Shown here piece after piece: positions 1 through 10,441 of a stretch of 55,094 nt of DNA. A program made the position numbers and the translations under genes. Numbering within the stretch: the stretch's first letter is position 1; the number at the start of each line of letters is the position of its first letter. The DNA comes from Clostridia bacterium (GTDB taxonomy: Bacteria > Bacillota > Clostridia > Oscillospirales > CAG-272): NCBI GenBank assembly GCA_017621695.1, contig JAGASP010000033.1, forward strand, positions 1 through 55,094. Direction: 5' to 3'. The notes under the pieces were generated by a model, which saw nothing but the letters and a program-made list of their open reading frames with translations, did no database searches and had not been told where the DNA came from.

Positions 1-54
1 CCTCCCGCCAAAAAGATTGTTGACCCACAAGGGTTTTGTCGATGTCGGGACGAC

Positions 55-80
55 GGGCGACCACATAGGGTCGCCCCTAC
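55..80 (-). repeat. GTAG-type REP palindrome
   Basis: Minus strand reads GTAG-GGGCGACC-ctatgt-GGTCGCCC, the tetranucleotide-plus-hairpin layout of RAYT-associated REPs. Confidence 0.7.
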
Positions 81-97
81 GGGTTTTCGTTAATCCT

Positions 98-115
98 CCG
101 CTAAACAACAATTTA
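98..115. mobile_element. Right terminal inverted repeat of a MITE-like element (left part outside the window)
   Basis: CCGCTAAACAACAATTTA is identical to 18 bp of the TIR at 29436-29453. Confidence 0.65.
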
Positions 116-139
116 CATGACCATGAAAAAGGCAGAAAA

Positions 140-164
140 CCCCGCTGTGGTTTCCACAGCGGGG
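140..164 (-). terminator. Intrinsic terminator of gap
   Basis: CCCCGCTGTGG-ttt-CCACAGCGGGG stem followed by T-rich sequence on the minus strand. Confidence 0.8.
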
Positions 165-186
165 CATTTCTCTATTGAGTTCTGAA

Positions 187-1203
187 TTAGATCTCAGCGA
201 AGTACTTGATGGTGCGGACCATCTGGCTGGTGTAGGAGTTCTCGTTGTCGTACCAAGAAACGACCTGAACCTGGTAGGTGTCGTCGTCGATCTTAGCCAC
301 CATGGTCTGGGTGGAGTCGAACAGAGAACCGTAGGTGATACCGATGATATCGGAGGAAACGATCTGATCCTCGTTGTAGCCGAAGGAAGCGGAAGCCTGA
401 GCCTTCATAGCAGCGTTGATGCTGTCAACGGTAACGTCAGTACCCTTAACAACGGCAACCAGGATAGTGGTGGAGCCGGTGCAGGTGGGAACGCGCTGAG
501 CGGAACCGATCAGCTTGCCGTTGAGCTCGGGGATAACCAGACCGATAGCCTTAGCAGCGCCGGTGGAGTTGGGAACGATGTTCTGAGCACCTGCGCGAGC
601 GCGGCGGAGGTCACCCTTTCTGTGGGGGCCGTCCAGGATCATCTGGTCGCCGGTGTAAGCATGAACGGTGGTCATGATACCGGACTGGATGGGATATGCA
701 TCGTTGAGAGCCTTAGCCATGGGAGCGAGGCAGTTGGTGGTGCAGGAAGCAGCGGAGATGATCTTGTCGTCAGCGGACAGGGTCTTCTCGTTAACGCCGT
801 AAACGATGGTCTTCAGATCCTTACCTGCGGGAGCGGAGATAACGACCTTCTTAGCGCCTGCGTTGATGTGAGCCATGGACTTCTCGGTGGAGCAGTAGAA
901 ACCGGTGCACTCGAGAACAACGTCAACACCCAGTTCAGCCCAAGGGCAGTTAGCAGCGTCCTTCTCAGCGTAGATCTTCAGAACCTTACCGTCAACGGTG
1001 ATGGTGCCGGCCTCGTCGTCAGCGACAACGGTGTGACCGTCGTAACGACCCTGAGCGGTGTCGTACTTCAAGAGGTGAGCGAGCATGGAAGCCTTGGTCA
1101 GGTCGTTGATGGCAACGATCTCATAACCCTCAGCGCCGAACATCTGACGGAAAGCCAGACGACCGATACGGCCAAAGCCATTGATAGCAACTTTTACAGA
1201 CAT
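187..1203 (-). CDS. gap: Type I glyceraldehyde-3-phosphate dehydrogenase
   Basis: [19 protein letters not shown] and WYDNE motifs; start moved to ATG 1203 behind a GGAGG RBS. Confidence 0.97.
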   Translation of the reverse strand: MSVKVAINGFGRIGRLAFRQMFGAEGYEIVAINDLTKASMLAHLLKYDTAQGRYDGHTVVADDEAGTITVDGKVLKIYAEKDAANCPWAELGVDVVLECTGFYCSTEKSMAHINAGAKKVVISAPAGKDLKTIVYGVNEKTLSADDKIISAASCTTNCLAPMAKALNDAYPIQSGIMTTVHAYTGDQMILDGPHRKGDLRRARAGAQNIVPNSTGAAKAIGLVIPELNGKLIGSAQRVPTCTGSTTILVAVVKGTDVTVDSINAAMKAQASASFGYNEDQIVSSDIIGITYGSLFDSTQTMVAKIDDDTYQVQVVSWYDNENSYTSQMVRTIKYFAEI

Positions 1204-1281
1204 GGTAAAAATCCTCCATTTTATATAGTTTTTATTTTTGACATACGGATAGGCGGAACAAACCTTCTGTTCCAAGAATAT

Positions 1282-1310
1282 ATTTTACCCCAAATTTCCA
1301 AATAATGCAA
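1282..1310 (-). promoter_or_regulatory. sigma-A promoter of gap
   Basis: TTGCAT-17-TAAAAT on the minus strand. Confidence 0.6.
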
Positions 1311-1413
1311 GGGCTTTTGGGAATTTTTTTCAGATTCTCCGTTTTGCACTTTTGAAACAAACGGGAAAAGGGAAATTCGTGCAACTTGACAAAATTCTGT
1401 CAATATTTTGATA

Positions 1414-3186
1414 TTACGATGCGTCGTCTTCTGCGACAATGGTGATCTTTGATTCGTCCACACCGTCTATTGCGAGATTCAGAATGCGCTCTGTGGACGC
1501 GAGCTTGCCGTTGCGGGTGCAGTTTTCAAAGGTGATACCGTGAATCGCACCGCCTACGGTGGAGCGGTTGCAAATGCGGATCTTTTTGGAACCGTTGATG
1601 GCAATGTCTCTGAACACAAGATCCGAGATCTGGGCTCTGGACTTGTCTCCGACCGTCACGTTGATGGGGTACTTATCGCATTCGTACAGCTCAATGTTTT
1701 CAAAGGTCACCTGTGTGATTTTGGATGGTCCTTCGGTGTAGATCACCAAGCCCGCGAGATCCTCCATCCAGGTAGCCGAGGCAAAGCCGACGGAGCAGTT
1801 TTTGAAGGTAATGTTCGTCATATCCCGCGTGGTCTCGGCAATGATACCCATGCCGCGCGCCTTGTCGGGCCATGCGTTGCAGTTATCAAAGACGATATTT
1901 TCGATCTTAACGGTGCATCCCCCGTACATGGACTTGACCTCAAAGAGGTCGTCTCCCGAGCGGGCAAAGCAATCCTTGACAAGCGCGTTGCCGCTGTCCA
2001 CGATGGCGATGCCGTCGCTGTTCTGGCGGTAGCCGAAGAGCATGACGTCCTTGACGTTGATGTGATCGCTCTGGGTAAAATACAGTGTCCATTCAGGACA
2101 GTTGTTGATGGTGACACCCTCCACCGTGATGTTCTGGCAGAGATCAAACTGGATGCCCGAGCGGGCGTGCCAGTCCAGACGGGAAAGATCAATGAACCCG
2201 CGTCCGCTGATGCGCACGTTGGATACGTTCTGACCCTGGAAGAGTGCAAACCAGCGCACCTTTCCCGACCATGCGGGATTCAAAAAGGGCTTTTCCTCCA
2301 TGTCGGGCATGGTGGCGTAGATGTACGCGCCGCGCTCCAGATATACCTCGGTGTTGCTTTTGAAGGTGATATTGTACTTAAGCTCATGCGTGCCCGCCTC
2401 AAAATAGAGCACCTGCTTTTCGGCGGTGAATTCGATCTTTTCGTTGTGCACACCGGGGGCAATTTTGATGACCTCATAGCCCTCGGGGGCTTCGTAAGGC
2501 TGCTCGGCACGAACAAACAGGGTAATGGCCTTGGTCTTGTCACCGTTGAGCACAAAGGTGTAGTTGCCGCAACGGTCAACGGTTGCCGTAGCCCCTTCCT
2601 CGGTCTTTTCGGCTTTGATGCCGTAATGCTCGGGCAGGACTGTTACCTTACGGTAATCGGTCAGCACGCCAAGGTCGATTTCCAAAGGAAAGCTCGCCTC
2701 GGATGCGTCGATCATGGCAAAGGAATGCGCGCCGATGGCGGTACGTACGGCGTAGCAGGCCACGTCGGTGCCGTTGATCTTCATGGTGAAGTAGGGGGAG
2801 AGGATCGCGCCGACCTCTTTGGCCTCATTGTTGTGCTCGCCGTTTTCGTAGTCCACCTCGGCGATGAATGCTTCAAGATTTTCCACGGCCTTGATCTCTT
2901 CAAAGACGATGGGGGTGATGGGTGCTTTGGTCACGGTCGTTTCTCCTTCGGTGGTTGATTCTTCTGTGATAGGGGCTTGTGTTTCGGGTGTTGCTTCGGT
3001 AGATGTCTGGGGATCCGTCTCCGTCATATCCGTGAGCGCTTGGGTGGGGATCTCGGTTTCGGTTATATCCGTCGCCGCTTGCGTCGGAGTATCTGTCTCA
3101 CTGCCTTGCTCTTCGCCGCAGGCAACAAAAAATACGCAGCAGCACAGCAAAAGCAGACACAGGATGAGTCCAATATTCTTTTTCAT
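1414..3186 (-). CDS. Lipoprotein with pectin-lyase-like beta-helix glycoside hydrolase domain (GH28-like)
   Basis: MKKN...FVAC lipobox, T/E-rich linker, GRGFID, NSDGI and GDD..EVKS motifs, repeating N(I/V)TFENC rungs. Confidence 0.75.
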   Translation of the reverse strand: MKKNIGLILCLLLLCCCVFFVACGEEQGSETDTPTQAATDITETEIPTQALTDMTETDPQTSTEATPETQAPITEESTTEGETTVTKAPITPIVFEEIKAVENLEAFIAEVDYENGEHNNEAKEVGAILSPYFTMKINGTDVACYAVRTAIGAHSFAMIDASEASFPLEIDLGVLTDYRKVTVLPEHYGIKAEKTEEGATATVDRCGNYTFVLNGDKTKAITLFVRAEQPYEAPEGYEVIKIAPGVHNEKIEFTAEKQVLYFEAGTHELKYNITFKSNTEVYLERGAYIYATMPDMEEKPFLNPAWSGKVRWFALFQGQNVSNVRISGRGFIDLSRLDWHARSGIQFDLCQNITVEGVTINNCPEWTLYFTQSDHINVKDVMLFGYRQNSDGIAIVDSGNALVKDCFARSGDDLFEVKSMYGGCTVKIENIVFDNCNAWPDKARGMGIIAETTRDMTNITFKNCSVGFASATWMEDLAGLVIYTEGPSKITQVTFENIELYECDKYPINVTVGDKSRAQISDLVFRDIAINGSKKIRICNRSTVGGAIHGITFENCTRNGKLASTERILNLAIDGVDESKITIVAEDDAS

Positions 3187-3209
3187 GATGGTCTCCAATT
3201 TGGAATTTT

Positions 3210-4273
3210 TCAGGGGTGTTCTTTGTGTTTTTTTGCGCCAACGCAAGCCAGTCCAACCAAGACTGTCAAAAGGCACAGGCTGCTTGCCGTGGCCGTACTG
3301 CCGCAGCCTTCGGGCGATGTCCCGGTGCTTGTTGTATCAGACGAAGAGACAAGCTCGGTCGTTTGCGCGGCGGTAGCGCTTTCCTCAGGCTCGGAAGCAG
3401 AGGAGGCCTCGGGTTCTGTTCCGATGATCAGGGAAGGAGCAGTCTCTACCGGCTCGGATTCTACGGGCGGCAACGTCTCCGCGGGATTCGTCTCGACAGG
3501 AGACGGATCGGTGACGGCCTCGGAATCCGTGGACTCCGTTTTTGAAAGATGCGCGAGAAGGTATTCTCCGGTGATAAAATCGGTGTCGTTGCATTTGTAG
3601 GCTGTGCCGACGGTGTTGTCATCTGTGGCGTCAATGGTAGCCAGCACCAGATCCATGACGAGCTGATGCTCGGGCACCAGATGTGTCGCGTCCAGATGGG
3701 TGTCGGTCTTGGTGCAATCCGCTTCAATGAAGATCAGCGACCAAGGGATGCAGACCTCCACGGTATAGGAGGAGCTGCCTTCGGTGTGTCCCAGAGAACA
3801 GCCGTCTACCTTGGAGGATACAATCCTTTCGTCATAGTTATGGCGGTAGACCACAACGTTGCCGTCGGCCATGGCACCCATGGAGAAAAATACACCCTTA
3901 TCATCGGATTTTTTCAGAACATATCCCGGGTTGAGGCCGATCTCCACACAGTCCGCGCCTACCCAATGGCCGTTTGTACCGCGGTAAACAGGGGTCTTGT
4001 CTTTGACGGTGGTGAAAACGTATAAGCCCGTGTCGTCCCAAGCAAAATACCAGACCGTAGAGGTTTCGGGGGTCATGCTTCCCACCCAAGCCTCAGCGGT
4101 GGTGTCATTCATGACCAACGCTTCTCCGGGATATTCTCCTTCCGAAAGGACTCCGTCGATGACAGGCGCATTTTGCGCATAGGGGATCTCTATGGAGTCA
4201 TCGACGGCACCGACGGTCAAAAGTCCCAACACCGTGAGGGTCAGAATCAAAAGGAGAAAAGAAAAGATTTTTT

Positions 4274-4277
<4 letters not shown>
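3210..4277 (-). CDS. Secreted CBM9/DOMON-like sugar-binding protein with Gly-Cys C-terminal membrane anchor
   Basis: Signal peptide; APVIDG..EGEY, AWDDTGLYV and YTVEVCIPWS motifs; S/T/E linker; GCGS + TM + KKHK tail. Confidence 0.7.
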
Positions 4278-6004
<1,727 letters not shown>

Positions 6005-6022
6005 GGTGTGGTTCTTCCTTTC

Positions 6023-6082
6023 AAAAAAATCGGTTGCCTTGCCGCCAAGAGCTTGAATCTCCCGCCGAACTTGGCAACCGAT
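6023..6082 (-). terminator. Intrinsic terminator after rubrerythrin, just upstream of the EEP gene RBS
   Basis: ATCGGTTGCC...GGCAACCGAT stem then a T run on the minus strand. Confidence 0.6.
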
Positions 6083-6142
6083 ATGCGTTTATAACTTGCC
6101 TTAGTTAAAAATGAACTATCAAAGCGTCCTTGTCAAGCGGCA

Positions 6143-6802
6143 TCAATAATTCTTGGCCTCAACCTCGAAATAGCTCTGAGGATGTGCGCAAACGGGGCAG
6201 ACGTCGGGAGCCTTCATACCAACGACGATGTGACCGCAGTTGCGGCATTCCCAGACCTGCACCGAGCTCTTCTCAAAGACGGTCTTGGTCTCGACGTTAT
6301 GCAGCAGGGCTCTGTATCTTTCCTCGTGGTGACGCTCGACCTCGGCAACGGCGCGGAACTTGGCGGCCAGCTCGGTAAAGCCTTCGGCTTCGGCGGTCTT
6401 GGCAAATTCGGCGTACATATCCGTCCACTCGTAGTTCTCGCCCTCAGCGGCGTGGAGCAGGTTTTCGGCGGTGTTGCCGATGCCCTTCAGCTCCTTGAAC
6501 CACATCTTTGCGTGCTCCTTTTCGTTGTCGGCGGTCTTCTGGAAGAGAGCGGAGATCTGCTCGTAGCCTTCCTTCTTGGCGACGGATGCAAAGTAGGTGT
6601 ACTTGTTTCTTGCCTGGGATTCACCGGCAAAGGCAGCCTCCAGATTCTTCTCGGTCTGGGTGCCGGCATAGGAGTTCTTGGGTGCGGGATCGGGCAGGCG
6701 CTCCAGCTTGTCGATGTGTGCGCCGCAGAGAGGGCAGATAGGGGTCTCGCCGTCAACAACGTCGAAGACCTTCATGCAAAGCTTACATTTGTAGGTAGCC
6801 AT
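6143..6802 (-). CDS. rbr: Rubrerythrin with extra N-terminal rubredoxin-like domain
   Basis: [18 protein letters not shown] and EGENYE motifs, C-terminal CRNC/CPVC, plus N-terminal CKLC/CPLC. Confidence 0.9.
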   Translation of the reverse strand: MATYKCKLCMKVFDVVDGETPICPLCGAHIDKLERLPDPAPKNSYAGTQTEKNLEAAFAGESQARNKYTYFASVAKKEGYEQISALFQKTADNEKEHAKMWFKELKGIGNTAENLLHAAEGENYEWTDMYAEFAKTAEAEGFTELAAKFRAVAEVERHHEERYRALLHNVETKTVFEKSSVQVWECRNCGHIVVGMKAPDVCPVCAHPQSYFEVEAKNY

Positions 6803-6851
6803 AATTTTTATCTCCTTGTTTGTTAAAATTTAGAATCATCAAAGGTGACCT

Positions 6852-7073
6852 TTAATGCAGGGTTTCGAGATAAGCCGCCATTTTTTCAATGGAATTCAGC
6901 TTGGGGGAAAGCTCGACGAAAAGTCCCAGCTCGTCCTCGATCTTCATTGCCAGTTCAGCGACGTCCAGGGAATCCAGGCCAAGCTCGGTAAAGGGAACGT
7001 CGGTCTTGATTTCTGCGGGGTCGATCTCGCGGTATTCCGCCACGATCTCTACCAGCTTTTGTGTCATATCCAC
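6852..7073 (-). CDS. acpP: Acyl carrier protein
   Basis: 73 aa, acidic, ELGLDSLD phosphopantetheine motif, GAAGGAGG RBS. Confidence 0.85.
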   Translation of the reverse strand: MDMTQKLVEIVAEYREIDPAEIKTDVPFTELGLDSLDVAELAMKIEDELGLFVELSPKLNSIEKMAAYLETLH

Positions 7074-7114
7074 GGTAAATCCTCCTTCAATATAGATTGG
7101 GGGTATTTAGTTAT

Positions 7115-7143
7115 ATAATATACGGAAAAACCTCCTTTGTCAA
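7115..7143 (-). promoter_or_regulatory. sigma-A promoter of acpP-rbr
   Basis: TTGACA-17-TATTAT on the minus strand. Confidence 0.65.
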
Positions 7144-7200
7144 GAGCTTTGCCGCATTTTTAACAATTTATTTCCGTAATTCAAAAAAATTCAATACACC

Positions 7201-7228
7201 TTGACTTTTACCAAAAATGGTGTATAAT
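7201..7228 (+). promoter_or_regulatory. sigma-A promoter of the TIR-LRR gene
   Basis: TTGACT-16-TATAAT. Confidence 0.7.
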
Positions 7229-7278
7229 GATACATATATCTTTTTATTTCGACAAAATGACCGCACAGGAGAAAATTT

Positions 7279-10200
7279 ATGAAGGAAATGCGATGTCTGC
7301 ATTGTTATTCCAATGAATTTTCAGAGCGGAACGGTCACCTGTACTGTGTGTACTGCGGAAGCAAGTACCGACAGCGTCCGGAGGATCAGGAGATCCTTCT
7401 GTCCATGGCGTACAGAGAGCTCCGCTTCATGAATTTTCTGGATGCTGAAAATGCATTTGAGGACATCATCAGTCGGCACCCCGATCTGCCCGAGGCGTAC
7501 TGGGGCTGTGTCTGCGCAAGATACGGCATCAAGTTCGAGCAGGACTATACGGGTAAACAGATTCCCACCTGTTGCCTCCCGGCCATCGAAAGCATCCTGG
7601 AGGATCGCTACTACCAAAAAGCGTTGGAGCTCTCGGATGAAGAAACTGCCGAATGGTACAGAGGACAGGGCGAATATCTGGAGCGCGTGCGCAAAACTTG
7701 GATCGAGCGCGCCCGCAAGCTCGCCCCGTATGATGTGTTCATTTCTTACAAGGACAGCGATCAGGAAAAGGGACTGGATCGCACCGAGGACAGCCTCAAG
7801 GCGCAGAGCATCTATACCCACCTTGTGACCCAGGGGTATTCGGTGTTCTACAGCCGCGAGTCGCTGAGCAACGTCATCGGTGAGAAGTACGAGCCCTATA
7901 TTTTCCAGGCGCTCAGCACCTCCCGCGCCATGATCGTCTATGGCTCTACCCCGGAATATATCAATTCCACCTGGGTGAGAAACGAGTGGCAGCGCTACGC
8001 CAAAAAGATGCAGAAGGGCGAGAAGGACAAGGGTTCTCTCATCGTCATCTGCGACGGTTTCTCCCCCAAGGATCTGCCCCCCATGCTCCGCTCCATGCAG
8101 GTGCTCGACGGACGGGATATGTTCTGCTATTCCAAGCTGGATGACCACTTGAAGGGCTTGCTGGCCAAAAAGGTGAGCCCCGAGGAAGAAGCAAAGAAAA
8201 AAGCCGAGGAGGAAGCACGAAAACGCGCAGAGGCCAAGGCGGAAGCCAAGAGACGCGCAGTAGCGGAGGCGAAGAAAAAAGCTGACGCGGAGGCAAAGCG
8301 GAAAGCTGAAGCAGAGGCAAAGCGGAAAGCTGAAGCAGAGGCAAAGAAAAAGGCTGAGGCAAAAGCCAAAAAAGATGCTGCCGTCGCGGCGGAATTGTCT
8401 TCTGAAAAGAAGGAGGGCGGATCTGCCTCCAAAAAGGCGGCTGTGATTGGCATCCTTTCTGCAATCGTGCTTACGGTAGCAATAACTCTTCTTTTCGTTT
8501 TGATGCAAGGTGACAGACGGGAACGTGAGCTCCCTTCGCAGGACGACAGCATTGAGGCAAACGAGGAAAACCCCGAAATGATCGGCAGTAAAGGATTGAA
8601 GTATACTTCTAACGGCGACGGGACTTGCTCTGTGAGCGGTATTGGAACCTGCAAAGATACGAAGATCGTGATTCCTGAGGAATCTCCCGATGGTGATAAG
8701 GTCACGAGAATTGGCAAAGGGGCGTTTACCACCTGCAGTACTTTGACGGGTATCACCATTCCCGATAGCGTCACGAGCATTGGCGAGTGGGCGTTCGCTA
8801 GTTGTAGTGCCCTGACGAGTATTACCATTCCCGACGGTGTCACAAGCATTGGTAACACTGCATTCGCCGATTGCGGTAGTGTGACGAGCATCACCATTCC
8901 CGCCAGCGTTACTAGCATCGGCTATTCGGCATTCAGTCATTGTTACAACTTGACGAGCATCGAGGTAGACGACCGTAATACCGTATATCATGATGCAGGA
9001 AACTGTCTCATAGAAACCGCCGTAAAAACCTTGATTACGGGATGCAAAACCAGCATTATTCCTACCGATGGTAGTGTTACCAGCATTGGCGATGGTGTGT
9101 TCATAGGCTTCGATTTAACGAGCATAGTTATCCCCGACTGTGTGACGAGCATTGGCAAATCCGCATTTTTCGATTGCTCCAGCCTGACGAGTATCACGTT
9201 CAACGGTACGAAGGCTCAATGGGAAACCATAGAAAAAGGGGCAGAATGGGATGAAAATACCGGTAACTACACCGTCCACTGTACCGACGGAGAAATTCCC
9301 AAGAGCGAAGACGTGACGGCGGATGATCCGGAAATTTCCGCCAGCAAAGGTCTTTCATTTACATCTAACGACGACGGAACTTGTTATATCAGCGGCATCG
9401 GCTCCTGCAAGGATACCAACCTGATGATCCCTGCCAATTCTCCTAAAGGAGATAGAGTTACAGGTATCGGCCGGCGTGCGTTCCAAGATTGTAAGAATGT
9501 GACGAGCATCGAAATTCCCGGCAGCGTTACCGGCATCCGCGATTATGCGTTTTCTGGATGCGAAAACTTGACAAGCATCACCATTCCCGACAGCATTACG
9601 AGCATCGGCTACTATGCATTCCAATCTTGCAAGAATTTGAAGAGCATCACCATTCCCGATAGTGTTACCGACATCCGCGATTATGCGTTTGCAGGATGCG
9701 AAAACTTGATGAGCATCACCATTCCTGACAGCGTTACGAGCATTGGTTGGAATGCATTCGAATATTGCAGTAGTCTGGCGAGCATCACCATTCCCGGTAG
9801 CATTAAGAATATTAGCCCCGGTACATTCTGCGGATGTGATAACTTGGCGAGCATTACTATGCCCAACAGCATTACGAGTATTGGTGATAAGGCGTTCTAC
9901 GGTTGCGATCGTTTGACGAGCATCACCATTCCCGATAGTGTAACAAGTATTGGCGCTGCTGCGTTCGGCTACTGTAATAACCTGACAAGTATCACCATTC
10001 CCGATAGTGTAACAAGTATTGGCGCTGCTGCGTTTGACTGTTGCGATAGTCTGACGAGTATCACCATTCCCGACAGTATTACGAGCGTTCTCGCTGGAAC
10101 ATTCCATGATTGCAGTAGCCTGTCGGGTATTACCATTCCTGCTAGCGTTACCAGCATCGGCGATAATGCGTTCGGCTACTGTAATAACCTGACAAGTATC

Positions 10201-10320
10201 ACCTTCCAAGGCACCAAAGCCGAATGGAACGCCATTGAAAAGGACGAAACCTGGTGTATTAACACCGGCTCCTACACCGTCCACTGCACCGACGGCGACA
10301 TCCCCAAATCCGAATCCTGA
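7279..10320 (+). CDS. Zn-ribbon/TPR-like/TIR domain - coiled coil - TM - BspA-type leucine-rich repeat membrane protein
   Basis: CxxC..CxxC at aa 6-26; YDVFISY box 1 at aa 151 and WVRNEW (E236); KAEAE repeats; TM aa 387-409; many LTSITIPDSVTSIG..AF repeats; AGGAG RBS. Confidence 0.88.
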   Translation: MKEMRCLHCYSNEFSERNGHLYCVYCGSKYRQRPEDQEILLSMAYRELRFMNFLDAENAFEDIISRHPDLPEAYWGCVCARYGIKFEQDYTGKQIPTCCLPAIESILEDRYYQKALELSDEETAEWYRGQGEYLERVRKTWIERARKLAPYDVFISYKDSDQEKGLDRTEDSLKAQSIYTHLVTQGYSVFYSRESLSNVIGEKYEPYIFQALSTSRAMIVYGSTPEYINSTWVRNEWQRYAKKMQKGEKDKGSLIVICDGFSPKDLPPMLRSMQVLDGRDMFCYSKLDDHLKGLLAKKVSPEEEAKKKAEEEARKRAEAKAEAKRRAVAEAKKKADAEAKRKAEAEAKRKAEAEAKKKAEAKAKKDAAVAAELSSEKKEGGSASKKAAVIGILSAIVLTVAITLLFVLMQGDRRERELPSQDDSIEANEENPEMIGSKGLKYTSNGDGTCSVSGIGTCKDTKIVIPEESPDGDKVTRIGKGAFTTCSTLTGITIPDSVTSIGEWAFASCSALTSITIPDGVTSIGNTAFADCGSVTSITIPASVTSIGYSAFSHCYNLTSIEVDDRNTVYHDAGNCLIETAVKTLITGCKTSIIPTDGSVTSIGDGVFIGFDLTSIVIPDCVTSIGKSAFFDCSSLTSITFNGTKAQWETIEKGAEWDENTGNYTVHCTDGEIPKSEDVTADDPEISASKGLSFTSNDDGTCYISGIGSCKDTNLMIPANSPKGDRVTGIGRRAFQDCKNVTSIEIPGSVTGIRDYAFSGCENLTSITIPDSITSIGYYAFQSCKNLKSITIPDSVTDIRDYAFAGCENLMSITIPDSVTSIGWNAFEYCSSLASITIPGSIKNISPGTFCGCDNLASITMPNSITSIGDKAFYGCDRLTSITIPDSVTSIGAAAFGYCNNLTSITIPDSVTSIGAAAFDCCDSLTSITIPDSITSVLAGTFHDCSSLSGITIPASVTSIGDNAFGYCNNLTSITFQGTKAEWNAIEKDETWCINTGSYTVHCTDGDIPKSES

Positions 10321-10323
10321 TAT

Positions 10324-10350
10324 AAACCCACCGCCTCGACGGTGGGTTTT
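10324..10350 (+). terminator. Intrinsic terminator of the TIR-LRR gene
   Basis: AAACCCACCG-loop-CGGTGGGTTTT. Confidence 0.8.
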
Positions 10351-10354
10351 CATA

Positions 10355-10383
10355 TTGACAAACCCCCGCATTTATGCTATACT
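10355..10383 (+). promoter_or_regulatory. sigma-A extended -10 promoter
   Basis: TTGACA-17-TATACT with TG at the extended -10 position. Confidence 0.75.
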
Positions 10384-10441
10384 ATCCCTATCTTTTTGAC
10401 CGCATCCACCCCGAAATACATCCGGAAAGGTTGATACATTC

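Noticed and set aside
175-1305. Long antisense ORFs (also 1540-2958, 7321-8991, 10883-12745, 21976-24171, 36585-38714, 49789-51987)
   Set aside because: Opposite-strand shadows of well-supported genes, expected from biased codon usage; no motifs or RBS
7279-10320. Thoeris, CBASS or Pycsar operon
   Set aside because: No SIR2/Macro effector, cyclase or other defence gene is adjacent; the gene is monocistronic
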